DNA of 64,000 bases, taken from Candidatus Cloacimonadales bacterium. Lineage in GTDB: Bacteria > Cloacimonadota > Cloacimonadia > Cloacimonadales > JAFGVF01. A program made the translations under genes and the position numbers. This document shows positions 19,032-33,975 of the stretch, piece after piece; within the stretch, counting starts at the first letter, position 1, and each line of letters begins with the position of its first letter. Location of the stretch: assembly GCA_963663475.2 (NCBI GenBank), contig CAXXJV010000001.1:1376001-1440000 (forward strand), written 5' to 3'. The notes under the pieces were generated by a model. The model had not been told where the DNA came from. It ran no database searches and worked only from the letters and a program-made list of their open reading frames with translations.

Positions 19032-19925
19032 ATGAAAGCTACAAACATCATTTTAATTGTATTAATTGTTGTTTCTGCTGGCTTAGCAGTTATGTTGGTA
19101 TCAACATCAAACAAGCTTGGAAAACATGATTCTGTGGTTGCTGATTACGAAGAAAGAATTGCTGAGTTAGAAGCTACCCATAACAATATGTTAGATGAAA
19201 AAGACAACCTAATGCAAACAATAGCAGATTTACAACAAAAAGAAAAGAATTATTTAAGGGTCCAGGCACAATTATATGAGATAGCTGAAATTACTAAATC
19301 TAACAAAAAATCTCTAGCAAATGTTGAAATAGACCCTGATTATGCAACTAATCAGTCTCTTGAAACTTTAGAGAAAAATCAAAATGAACTCAAGAAATTG
19401 AGAAATGAAAGAGGGCTTTTATACTCAGAAATCAATTCTTTAAAGAAAAGTTTAAACTCTTCTAATGCTGATAAGGAAAAAATCCAAGCACAAATCGACA
19501 GATTACAAGCAGAAATTGATAGAACTGATGTAATGATAGCTAATTTAGAGCAATCAATTGCCCAAAGTCAAGATCTTATCGCTAAGCAAAAAGCTGAACT
19601 TAACACTATTTATTATGTAATTGGAAGTAAAGATCAACTAAGAGAAATGGGTGTTACTTCTAAGGAAGGTGGAGTTCTTTGGGGATTGCTTGGTGCAACT
19701 GAACAAGTTAGAAATGACTTTAACAAAGAAAACTTTACACCTATGAATCTTGCTGACAATGATGAAATTGAAATCAATGCTTATATTGATGATATTACTA
19801 TTCATTCAAAACAGCTTAAATCTGCTTATGAACTAGTTGAAGTTAGTGATGATATGACTGTTCTAAAGGTTAAAGACCATGAACAATTTAGAGAAAACAA
19901 ACACTTAGTTATAGAAATTAATTAA
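19032..19925 (+). CDS. Membrane-anchored coiled-coil protein
   Basis: N-terminal TM, long coiled coil, C-terminal YYVIGSKDQL domain. Confidence 0.6.
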   Translation: MKATNIILIVLIVVSAGLAVMLVSTSNKLGKHDSVVADYEERIAELEATHNNMLDEKDNLMQTIADLQQKEKNYLRVQAQLYEIAEITKSNKKSLANVEIDPDYATNQSLETLEKNQNELKKLRNERGLLYSEINSLKKSLNSSNADKEKIQAQIDRLQAEIDRTDVMIANLEQSIAQSQDLIAKQKAELNTIYYVIGSKDQLREMGVTSKEGGVLWGLLGATEQVRNDFNKENFTPMNLADNDEIEINAYIDDITIHSKQLKSAYELVEVSDDMTVLKVKDHEQFRENKHLVIEIN

Positions 19926-19945
19926 GATGAATTACTAATAAAATT

Positions 19946-19978
19946 AATGGGCTACTTGTTAAGTAGCCCAATTTTTTT
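19946..19978. terminator. Terminator between convergent genes
   Basis: TGGGCTACTT-gtt-AAGTAGCCCA followed by T tract. Confidence 0.7.
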
Positions 19979-19981
19979 ATA

Positions 19982-20620
19982 TTAAACCCCTTGCTTATTA
20001 GGGTCCCAGATATACTTGTGAATTTGAAGTTGAAATCTAACATTAAGTTTATCTTCAACAATCCAAGATACTAAAACATCTGCAGCAATTCTGTTGAAAA
20101 CAGGGGAGAAGATAATCTTTCTACCAAGTAGATTATTAGTAAAAATAAAATCCTTACTCCATAAATAATCTTCATAGTCTGAAATAACAAATTTAAGCTC
20201 ATCAGTCTCATTCATAATCTCTAAATTAGTCATGCAAAAACTATTCTTAGAACCACTATTAATAGTTTTAACATCAATAATCTTATGAACTCTTTGATCT
20301 ATCTTCTCTAGGGATAATGAACCATTTGTTTCAAGTAAGACTTTATAACCATTGGTAAGAAGTGCATCAATCAATTGAGAAATTTCAGCTTGTAAGAGTG
20401 GTTCTCCTCCAGTAATTTCAACCAGCTTTATTGGATGGTATTTTCTTATATCATCTAAAATGTCTTCAATATTCATGGAGAAATTTGCCCTATAACTATA
20501 CTGGGTATCGCAATAATTACATCTTAAATTACATTCAGCAAAACGGATAAATATGCAAGGGTAACCAATATAAGATGATTCACCTTGAATACTGCAAAAT
20601 ATTTCTATCAATTTAATCAT
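19982..20620 (-). CDS. queE: 7-carboxy-7-deazaguanine synthase, radical SAM
   Basis: EIFCSIQGE, CNLRCNYCDT, TGGEPLLQ, LQIHKYIW. Confidence 0.88.
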   Translation of the reverse strand: MIKLIEIFCSIQGESSYIGYPCIFIRFAECNLRCNYCDTQYSYRANFSMNIEDILDDIRKYHPIKLVEITGGEPLLQAEISQLIDALLTNGYKVLLETNGSLSLEKIDQRVHKIIDVKTINSGSKNSFCMTNLEIMNETDELKFVISDYEDYLWSKDFIFTNNLLGRKIIFSPVFNRIAADVLVSWIVEDKLNVRFQLQIHKYIWDPNKQGV

Positions 20621-20658
20621 TATTTCTTTTCTTTTTTATTATAAGTTGCTTGTATTTA

Positions 20659-21867
20659 TTATTGTGGCAAGTAAGGGAAAGTTTTCTGATAATCAAGAAA
20701 ACTATTTATGTAGTTGGTTAGTTTTTGGTAGTTACCAATCACAAATTTCTTTCTCTTTCCAACATTATAGAAAGAATAATCTTCTGCTTTATAGTCGAAG
20801 TTATCTAGAAACTCAAGATCCCCTAAAAGTGGTTTATTTTTATGTAGTAATAATTTAATGTTTTCTGATTTAGCATTTATTATATTCTCAAATGGCTGCT
20901 TATGGCATTTATCAATAACTAAAAGCTGAGAACTGGCATTTTCTAATGAACCATATTCTTTGGGCAGGTATAAAGCTTTAGCAGGTCTGCTAGTTACCAT
21001 CTCAAAAATATCCTTGCTAGAAACTTGAGGAAAATGATCTCTCGAAAACTTCATTTCTGCAAAGAGGTTAATGCTACCTGAAAGAGTTGAATCTGTAGCA
21101 ATTACTACATTAGCATTGTATTCTAGGCAAGCATCTATATCTAGGTGTGCACCTATTAGATTATCATTTGAGACAGGACACCAACAAATGCTTGCTCCAA
21201 CTTGGGCAATCTCCTTTATCTCTTGTCTGGTTAAAGCAATTCCATGAATCATAAGTGTATTCTTTGCTAATAACCCTCTTGCTTTCAAATCTGAAAATTC
21301 ATTAGCTGTAATCTCATCAGTACCTTCGCCAAGATGAACTATGAAAGGCATAGAACTCTTACTCTTAGCAAACTCTTCTTCAGCACTACCTCCTCCCCAC
21401 CAATTACCTAAGGGAAGAGAATGGCACTGAGTATAATCTCTTATAACATTTATAGGAAATGAATCATAATAAATATCTGCTTGCTTAGGAGCATGATCTT
21501 GAACTGCTACTACTCCAGAAAATAGATTCTTATAAACTCCTAATTGGCACAAGACCATTTCCTTGTCTTTTGTTAGGATAAAAGAACCATCATTTTTCCA
21601 ATACTTATTTCTATCTAAATAAGTAGGATGATCTTTCATTTGCTCAACCCAAATGTGAGAATTAGGAAATTTCTGGGGTGATATAGCAGGTGGGTACCAA
21701 TTACCAACTAAATGGTCATGGGCATTAATTAATGCAGGATAGATGATTGCATTCTCGAATAATATATCTTTTTTACTTGCTTTGATATAGTCAGAATCAA
21801 GACTTACCCAAGCTTTATCTTGAATATTATCAGACGAGAATACAATCTTATCCGCAAAAAGTCTCAT
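20659..21867 (-). CDS. Amidohydrolase family protein
   Basis: PALINAHDHL, HLGEG, IHG, WCPVSN, ATDS. Confidence 0.85.
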   Translation of the reverse strand: MRLFADKIVFSSDNIQDKAWVSLDSDYIKASKKDILFENAIIYPALINAHDHLVGNWYPPAISPQKFPNSHIWVEQMKDHPTYLDRNKYWKNDGSFILTKDKEMVLCQLGVYKNLFSGVVAVQDHAPKQADIYYDSFPINVIRDYTQCHSLPLGNWWGGGSAEEEFAKSKSSMPFIVHLGEGTDEITANEFSDLKARGLLAKNTLMIHGIALTRQEIKEIAQVGASICWCPVSNDNLIGAHLDIDACLEYNANVVIATDSTLSGSINLFAEMKFSRDHFPQVSSKDIFEMVTSRPAKALYLPKEYGSLENASSQLLVIDKCHKQPFENIINAKSENIKLLLHKNKPLLGDLEFLDNFDYKAEDYSFYNVGKRKKFVIGNYQKLTNYINSFLDYQKTFPYLPQ

Positions 21868-21868
21868 C

Positions 21869-23056
21869 TTAATCAGCTTTTTTCAAATTCTTTATCATTA
21901 GAGGGATAATCTCAAATAAATCACCAACAACTCCTAAATCAGCTACCTTAAAGATAGGAGCATCTGCATCTTTATTAATAGCAATAATATAATCAGATGA
22001 AGACATTCCTGCTAAATGCTGAATTGCTCCTGATATACCTACTGCTATATATATAGAAGGTTTTACTGTTTTACCTGTTTGACCTACTTGGTGAGGATAA
22101 GCTATCCATTCATTATCAACAGCAGCTCGAGAAGCACCTACCGCTCCACCTAGTAATCCAGCTAATTCTTCTAACATCTTGAAGTTCTCAGCATTTTTTA
22201 AGCCTCTACCACCAGCTACAATGATATTGGCATCTACTATATTGGCTAAATTGCCTTCTTCTTTTACCTTCTTAATGAACCTAGTTAATCTCTCACTAAG
22301 CTCAAGATTTAATGTCTCTTCTATAAGTTTACCTTTTCTAGAAGTATCCATCTTTAATGGATCCATAACCTTATAACGTACTGTTGCCATTTGAGGTCTA
22401 TGGTTTGGTGTTTCAATTCTTGCCATGATGTTTCCACCAAAAGCGGGACGGGTCTGAATTAAATTGCTTGTTGCTGGATCTATCTTCAAACCTGTACAGT
22501 CTGCTGTAAGACCAGTATTCATAGCAGTAGCAACCCTAGGTAAGAAGGATCTTCCAGTATTAGTAGCTCCTGTTAGAATTATTTCAGGCTTATATTTCTT
22601 AATTAACCCTTGTAATGCTTCTGCATAAAGATCATCTGTAAAATCCTTCAATAAAGGATCATCTATTAATATAACTTCTTCTGCTCCATGATGATAAAGC
22701 TTATCAACTAAACCTTTAACCTCATGGCCAAATAAAATAGCAGATAATTTTGATTCTCTATCTTCTGCTAATTCCTTACCCTTACCTAAAAGTTCATAAA
22801 CTACTGGGGCTATGTCATTGTCTTGCTGTTCTGCAAAAACCCATACCCCTTTATAATCATCTTTATTTATATTTGTTTGGGCAGCTTTTCTAATTAAAAT
22901 TGCTTCAAAAGGACATGCAGAAACACAAGCTCCACATAGTACACATTTATCAGCATTAATCTCTGCTACTTTATCAGTAATCGTGATTGCTCCGTAGGCA
23001 CAGGCTTTTAAACATTTACCACATCCTACACATTTTTCTCTAATTACTTCAATCAT
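21869..23056 (-). CDS. etfA: Electron transfer flavoprotein alpha with N-terminal 2x[4Fe-4S]
   Basis: Two CxxCxxCxxxC motifs; GLTADCT; QVGQTGKTV; GISGAIQH. Confidence 0.92.
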   Translation of the reverse strand: MIEVIREKCVGCGKCLKACAYGAITITDKVAEINADKCVLCGACVSACPFEAILIRKAAQTNINKDDYKGVWVFAEQQDNDIAPVVYELLGKGKELAEDRESKLSAILFGHEVKGLVDKLYHHGAEEVILIDDPLLKDFTDDLYAEALQGLIKKYKPEIILTGATNTGRSFLPRVATAMNTGLTADCTGLKIDPATSNLIQTRPAFGGNIMARIETPNHRPQMATVRYKVMDPLKMDTSRKGKLIEETLNLELSERLTRFIKKVKEEGNLANIVDANIIVAGGRGLKNAENFKMLEELAGLLGGAVGASRAAVDNEWIAYPHQVGQTGKTVKPSIYIAVGISGAIQHLAGMSSSDYIIAINKDADAPIFKVADLGVVGDLFEIIPLMIKNLKKAD

Positions 23057-23379
23057 GTTTTCTCCATTATAATTTTATCTTATTACTTATGTATTATTTT
23101 TAATTCAGGATTTTTTAATATTTCTCCTCATAATCAACATTGTATGATTTTAGGAAATTAGGCAAGGATTTTTTTAACTTTTTTTAATTCATTATCCTTT
23201 GACAAGTTTTTAGGCACAAAAAAATGCTAATTTCTAAGCTTATTATATATATAAGGAATAAAAAGCTTCTTATTATCCCGAATGCGCTACTAGGTTTTTA
23301 TGAATATAAGATTCTGCATTCTCCCCTAAAACCCTACTACACTATTTTGGATTATATTACTTCTCAGCTTATCTAAAAA

Positions 23380-24705
23380 TCTGGGAACACCAGCATATCT
23401 GCCTGCCAAAACTGAGATAGCCAGCATCCCTGCTGGCATTTTCCTATTACTGGGAGCGCCAGCATCCCTGCAGGTATTTTCCTTTCTGCCAAGCACCCAA
23501 ACTGCCATATCTTTACATTGCTAAAGCCCTACCCGCCTTTGGGTCGCGGGATTCCAGCCCGCGGTTACTCAGATAACAAGCGGTTACGGGATTGGGTCGC
23601 GGGATTCCAGCCCGCGGTTACTCAGAAGACAAGCGGTTACGGGATTGGGTCGCGGGATTCCAGCCCGCGGTTACTCAGATAACAAGCGGTTACGGGATTG
23701 GGCCGCGGGATTCCAGCCCGCGGTTACTCAGATAAAAAGTGGTAATGGGATTGGGTCGCGGGATTCCAGCCCGCGTTTACGCTGGTTGCAAGTGGTTACG
23801 GGATTGGGTCGCGGGATTCCAGCCCGCGGTTACGCAGAAGACAAGCGGTTACGGGATTGGGTCGCGGGATTCCAGCCCGCGTTTACGCTGGTGACAAGTG
23901 GTTACGGGATTGGGTCGCGGGATTCCAGCCCGCGTTTACGCTGGTGGCAAGTGGTTACGGGATTGGGTCGCGGGATTCCAGCCCGCGGTTACTCAGATAA
24001 AAAGTGGTAATGGGATTGGGTCGCGGGATTCCAGTCCGCGTTTACGCTGGTGGCAAGTGGTTACGGGATTGGGTCGCGGGATTCCAGCCCGCGGTTACTC
24101 AGATAACAAGCGGTTACGGGATTGGGTCGCGGGATTCCAGCCCGCGTTTACGCTGGTGGCAAGTGGTTACGGATCCTAGTCTGCCCACCAAAACTAGGAG
24201 CGCCAGCATCCCTGCTGGCATCTTCCTCACACTGGGAACGCCAGCATCCCTGCTGGCATTTTCTCTTCTGCTAGACTGAAAAAAGACTTACTCACTCCCT
24301 CTCTTCTAAGCAAGATAATTTTCTATTATACCTAATAATAGAAAATATAAAAATACCCTTACCATCATCTATCCTTCCTTTACACTCTTTCGATGAAAAG
24401 CGGACTTTCATCGAAAGACTGTAAAGGAAGGATAGTGAAAGAAAGGGTAACAGAATACTAAAATTTATTCTCAACAGTTGAACAGCTTTGTCGGACGGTG
24501 GGCAAGAAAAAACTAGGAGAGCCAGCATTCCTTCTAGCATCTTCTTCTCTCACCTGGCACCAAAACTGCAAATTCCTACTTTGCTAAAGCCCTACCCGCC
24601 TTTGGGTCGCGGGATTCCAGCCCGCGTTTACGCTGGTGGCAAGTGGTTACGGATCCTAGTCTGCCCACCAAAACTAGGAGCGCCAGCATTCCTGCTGGCA
24701 TTTTC
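23380..24705. repeat. Cluster of REP-like GGGAGCGCCAGCATCCCTGCTGGC palindromes
   Basis: Copies near 23381, 23420, 23450, 24195, 24232, 24515, 24675. Confidence 0.75.
23538..24172. repeat. 53-bp tandem array (12 units) with REP-like hairpin; 13th unit at about 24601-24653
   Basis: GGGTCGCGGGATTCCAGCCCGCG recurs at an exact 53-bp period from 23541 to 24124. Confidence 0.92.
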
Positions 24706-24909
24706 TTTTCCTCACTCTTTTTCCTGTTTTTTCTCTCAGCATTAGCATTTCTCACTCACTCATTTTTAAAAAAGCAGACGAAAAACTGTTAATATCAAAA
24801 AAAATATCAGATAAAAATAACATAGCATATATGACCATTTTTCAGTAGCTAAAAAGACCAAAATGTCTATGCATTTATCAAGAAAAATTAAAAAAGATAA
24901 AAAAAGGTA

Positions 24910-24992
24910 TTGACAAGAATACCCTCTCCAGTAGTTTGACGGAACCAATGCACGGGAATGAAAGTTCCAAAGCAAAGGAAATGATCTTTGAA
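24910..24992 (+). promoter_or_regulatory. rRNA promoter and boxA-like element
   Basis: TTGACA at about 24910 with TAGTTT -10; TGATCTTTGAA at about 24982. Confidence 0.55.
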
Positions 24993-25069
24993 TAATTTTA
25001 AAAAGTTAAAAAGTTATAGAGTGAATGAATGAAGTAAACTTGCGAGAGACAGGAACACGATTTATTATA

Positions 25070-26606
<1,537 letters not shown>

Positions 26607-26709
26607 TAAAGGAGAAATAGTTTCTTGATAAGTTTACTTTTTCATTCTATAACAAAACATAAAATTTTACAGTAAATAGAGTGCAATAGAGTGTGTATAA
26701 TTAATTTTT

Positions 26710-29826
<3,117 letters not shown>

Positions 29827-29986
29827 TATTTTTTATATACACTCTATTATCTCTTACTGTTTAACAACAGTAAGAGAAATGAAGAATTAATAATGAAAAA
29901 TGAAAAATGAAAGAATATGAATCATTTTAAAATTAATTATTCAGGCACGACAAACTAAGTAAAATAAACATTTTTGACAGGGGTCA

Positions 29987-30106
<120 letters not shown>

Positions 30107-30396
30107 TGACCCCTGTTGTATTTCAACAGGGGACAAAGATGAACTACTTCAGGCTGGCCATCTTTGACCCCTGCTTTTTTTTAGTGAAAAATGAAGAATG
30201 AAAAGTGAAAAGTGACGGGAGTTGCTCACGGAGTAGCGACTTCCGACAACTTTTCTTTCTTTCACCCGAAGTCCCTTGCCTAGGGCTGAGGAACTCCGGT
30301 CTCCAATTGTAGATGGAAGTTTAAACTGGTACACAAATGGCAGTTTAATCTGGTACAGTTTTCAGGAGTAAAAAAGTAAAAATTCCTGGAGACAAT

Positions 30397-31878
30397 ATGA
30401 AAGGAGCCAAAGTGTATCATGCAATCAAGTCGTTAAGCAAAGCAGGTAATAGTGTAAGAGATATAGCCAAGCAGTTAAAAGTATCTAAAACAACTGTTTT
30501 ACGCTATTTAAATGTACCTGATAATGAAGTAGAAGAGCTTTTAACAAAAGTTAGAAGACCGAGTGTTTTAGAAGTTCACAGAGAAGCAATAACTCAGAAA
30601 ATATCATCAAATCCAAAGATGAGACTAAGCAAATTATACAAAATATTTAAGAGAGATTATGAAGATTTACAGATAAGTCAAAGAGGTTTTTTTAATTTTT
30701 CTAAAAGAATTAAAGAGAGCTTAGAACTACCAACAAAAAGATATTACAAAGTCGTAAGTTATAAGCCAGGGATTCAGATGCAAGTAGATCCTGGAGAATG
30801 TTATATTAAACTATCAAATAAAGAGCGGAAAAAGATATATTTTTGCGTGTTTAAATATTGCTATTCAAGAATGACTTTTGTGCATTTCCAGTTTAAGCCA
30901 TATAATACAGATGATTTTATTAGTGCTCATAAAGAATGTTTTGAATATTACGGATATATACCAGAGACAATGATTTATGATCAAACAAAACTAGTAGTAA
31001 TCAAAGAAATATATAGAGAGGTTACTTATAATAGTAAGTTTTTCCAATTTATGAACAATCTATCAATAAATCCATATTCTTGTGAGGGTTATGATCCTGA
31101 GAGTAAGGGATTAGTTGAAAGAGCAGTTAGAGAAGTAAAAGAAGATTTTCTTTATGGTGAAGTTTTTAGTGGTTTGTCAGAAGTAAGAGTTAGAGCAAAA
31201 GATTGGTTTGAAGAGGTTAATAATCGAATTCACAGTTCCTTAAATGAAACTCCACGCAATATGTTTAAAGAAGAAGAGAAGATCCTTAGATCCTATAATT
31301 TATATATCGAAGAACTTAGAAAAGTAGATAAAACAGGATTAATATCCTGGAAAAGAAATAAATATTCTGTACCTTATCTCTATCAGCAAAAGAGTGTATA
31401 TGTAAGAGAGAATGGAACTTCTTTGGAAATATTAGATACTAAGAGTAGAAAAAAAGTTGCTTCTCACAGATTATCACAAGAAAAAAGAAGACCTATTATA
31501 TCTCAATGTCATTATATCGATTATTCTCAAACAATTGAGAAATTAAAAGAAGAAATTAAGGCATTATTCCCCAATAAGATTAATATCTCCATTTTGCTAG
31601 ATTCTCTTATTTCAAACAACAGCAAAAATCCAAGAGAGCAACTTTTAGCATTACTTAAATTTATTAATAATAATAAACATCTTAATTGGTCAATAATAAT
31701 TTCCAAAGTTCTTAAATTAGAAGATATAAGAGCAACTAAAATTGAAAGTATAGTTAATGAAGAAAACAAAAAATACAAATTGCTAAACATCAAAAAGGCT
31801 AATTCATACAATCAAGAAAACACTAAAAAATCTTTAATTCAAAGAGATTTATCAATATATGATAGGATAATAAAATGA
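30397..31878 (+). CDS. istA: IS21 transposase IstA
   Basis: N-terminal HTH, QVD..YDQTK..KGLVE DDE, NKYSVP. Confidence 0.95.
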   Translation: MKGAKVYHAIKSLSKAGNSVRDIAKQLKVSKTTVLRYLNVPDNEVEELLTKVRRPSVLEVHREAITQKISSNPKMRLSKLYKIFKRDYEDLQISQRGFFNFSKRIKESLELPTKRYYKVVSYKPGIQMQVDPGECYIKLSNKERKKIYFCVFKYCYSRMTFVHFQFKPYNTDDFISAHKECFEYYGYIPETMIYDQTKLVVIKEIYREVTYNSKFFQFMNNLSINPYSCEGYDPESKGLVERAVREVKEDFLYGEVFSGLSEVRVRAKDWFEEVNNRIHSSLNETPRNMFKEEEKILRSYNLYIEELRKVDKTGLISWKRNKYSVPYLYQQKSVYVRENGTSLEILDTKSRKKVASHRLSQEKRRPIISQCHYIDYSQTIEKLKEEIKALFPNKINISILLDSLISNNSKNPREQLLALLKFINNNKHLNWSIIISKVLKLEDIRATKIESIVNEENKKYKLLNIKKANSYNQENTKKSLIQRDLSIYDRIIK

Positions 31879-32603
31879 TAGAAAATTTAAGGAAAAATTT
31901 ATTAAGAATTAGATGCAGACATACAATTAATAATTTAGAATCATATTTAAAATATGCACAAGATAAAGAATTATCATATCTTAGTTTTTTATCTTATGTT
32001 ATTGAAAATGAATGCAATAGCAGAAATCAGACATTGATATCTTTGCAATTAAGAAGGGCAAATTTCCCAATATTAAAGAATTTTGATGAGTTCGATTTTA
32101 AATATCAGCATTCAGTAACTAAAAGAATGATAACAGAGTGGAAGGAGTTTAATTGGATCGATAACAGAGAAAACAAAATATTAATGGGACCTCCAGGGGT
32201 TGGTAAGACGCATATATCTATTGCCTTGGGATATGAAGCTATTTTGAAAGGATACAAGGTAATATTTTACAATATGAATGAATTAATCGATGAAATGATT
32301 ATAGCCAATAATGAAAATGATTTTAAAAAGTGGATATCTAAATTAGTAAAAAATGATTTAATCATTATTGATGAAATAGGATATTTACCTATTAAGGCAG
32401 TTAATGCAAGTTTATTCTTTAAGCTTGTTAATGAACTTTATGAATTCAGATCAGTCATAATAACCTCAAACAGACTTTTTCAAGAATGGGGAGAATCTTT
32501 TGGAGATAATGTTATCACTACAGCAATAGTCGACAGATTAGTCCATCATGCTGAAACTATCCTGATCGATGGAAATAGCTATCGAATGAAAGGAAAAATG
32601 TAG
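31875..32603 (+). CDS. istB: IS21 helper ATPase IstB
   Basis: GPPGVGKT, LIIIDEIGYLP, AIVDRLVHH, SYRMK. Confidence 0.96.
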   Translation: MIENLRKNLLRIRCRHTINNLESYLKYAQDKELSYLSFLSYVIENECNSRNQTLISLQLRRANFPILKNFDEFDFKYQHSVTKRMITEWKEFNWIDNRENKILMGPPGVGKTHISIALGYEAILKGYKVIFYNMNELIDEMIIANNENDFKKWISKLVKNDLIIIDEIGYLPIKAVNASLFFKLVNELYEFRSVIITSNRLFQEWGESFGDNVITTAIVDRLVHHAETILIDGNSYRMKGKM

Positions 32604-32678
32604 AAAAAAAATGTTTACAACAGTGTACCAGTTATGACTTCCAAAAGTGTACCAGTTTAAACTTCCATTGACACCAAT

Positions 32679-32878
32679 TAAGCGACTTCCGACAAGTTTG
32701 CCCACGGCTGAGGAACTCGGTCTCCAATTCAGCCATTTCCGACAAGTTTCTTCGCCCGAAGTCCCTTGCCTAGGGCTGAGGAATTCCGGTCTCCAATTAA
32801 GCGACTTCCGACAAGTTTTTTCTTTCTTTCTTTCGCCCGAAGTCCCTTGCCTAAGGCTGAGGAACTCAGGTCTCCCAC
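32679..32878. repeat. Tandem copies of an approximately 70-bp repeat (also at 30235-30307 and 651-692)
   Basis: CCCGAAGTCCCTTGCCTAGGGCTGAGGAACTCCGGTCTCC core. Confidence 0.85.
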
Positions 32879-32959
32879 ATGGCAGTTTAAATAAGTCAAA
32901 AATGGCATTTTAAAAGTGCCAAAACTTGTCAAGTACCAATATAGTGGAAACCTTTTTTA

Positions 32960-33335
32960 TGTATCCTGAGGGGATAAGTCTTGAATCCCCAAAAGGGGAT
33001 AAATAGTTTAGCCCAGGGTAAATTCCTGAAGGGAATGCAACCCTGGGTACTGGTGATGAAAAACAAAGCCTAACCCTGAAAGGGTTAAATAACATCATAT
33101 ATACCATAGACTTATTTTAATTCCAAATAATGCATTATTTATCATTTTATTAAACCCTTACAGGGTAATATCTTTGGGCTAGCCATCATAACCCAGGGTT
33201 GCGATACTTTCAGCATCTTACCCTGGGCTAAATTATTTTATCCCTTTCAGGGATTTTTGATGAATCAATATTCTAATGAAACATTCTCATTCTCCTATAT
33301 TATTCCCACACCAGACTTGAACTTGAGCCTAATAA
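32960..33335. repeat. REP-like composite (CCCTGAAAGGG / CCCAGGG..CCCTGGG); inverted copy at 50833-51068, partial at about 53793-53905
   Basis: 33128-33335 is the reverse complement of about 50830-51066. Confidence 0.8.
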
Positions 33336-33581
33336 ACACAAATTAACACTAATAATCAATATCTTAAAATCCTTAACATAGAGTTTTTAAGAGAAGGAAA
33401 AGAAGAAGGAAGTAAATTGCCACCGAAAACACTGAAAACACCGATATTAATGTCTCCCCGTCTTTGAGTAAAAGCTCTTTCATTTTTCACTTTTAGCGAA
33501 AAACTTTTTAAAAAAGTGACTATTTGAGGGAAAATGGACTCTATATATAAGTGAAGGGTATAAATATATTTTCAGGATTTA

Positions 33582-33743
33582 ACCTCGATAATGCAGTAGC
33601 TTTTTGTTAATCGCTCAATATTATTCAGCAAAAGTAAGATCCATAATTTCTTCCAATATATATATTATATGCATTAAAATTCTATAACTATTTTTTCTAG
33701 AATAATCTGCACTCTTCATCAAAGTTCTACAGCATCTTAAGAT
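33582..33743. mobile_element. Approximately 162-bp MITE copy
   Basis: Homologous to 54582, 56018 and 57785 copies; degenerate terminal IRs. Confidence 0.75.
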
Positions 33744-33939
33744 TAAAATACATAATGACCCAAAAAAAGTAACCGCCTTAGTAACAACATTTTAAGGCTT
33801 TAAGGTTTGGATGAAGTATGACTAAAATTCAACTAGGCTAGCAGTCTATATATCCTTTTTTAGGAGTAAAAGCAAAAAAAATATTAGCAAACGAACTTTT
33901 TGTTTGACAGTTTTTATAAATAAATTATTTTGTCATTAA

Positions 33940-33966
33940 TTAGCAGATAATTAAAAGGATTGCTAA
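33940..33966 (+). promoter_or_regulatory. CIRCE-like HrcA operator
   Basis: TTAGCAGAT-N9-GATTGCTAA just upstream of hrcA; TTGACA at 33904. Confidence 0.8.
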
Positions 33967-33975
33967 AGAGGTGAT

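Larger units (their letters stand above)
30308..32673 (+). mobile_element. IS21-family insertion sequence
   Basis: TG..CA ends, IR ATGGAAGTTTAAACTGGTACAC / GTGTACCAGTTTAAACTTCCAT with second internal repeats; CCAAT target duplication at 30303-30307 and 32674-32678. Confidence 0.95.

Noticed and set aside
23538-24172. CRISPR array
   Set aside because: Variable segments are related to each other and recur rather than being unique spacers; no cas genes in the window.
23326-24975. ORFs overlapping the tandem array and REP cluster
   Set aside because: Translations merely cycle through the 53-bp repeat frames; no RBS or protein-like composition.
26607-26709. tRNA in the 16S-23S spacer
   Set aside because: Spacer is about 100 bp, AT-rich, with no cloverleaf or TTCGA T-loop.
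32647-33107. Short ORFs right of the IS21
   Set aside because: Derived from IS ends and repeat units; similar peptides appear wherever the repeat occurs.
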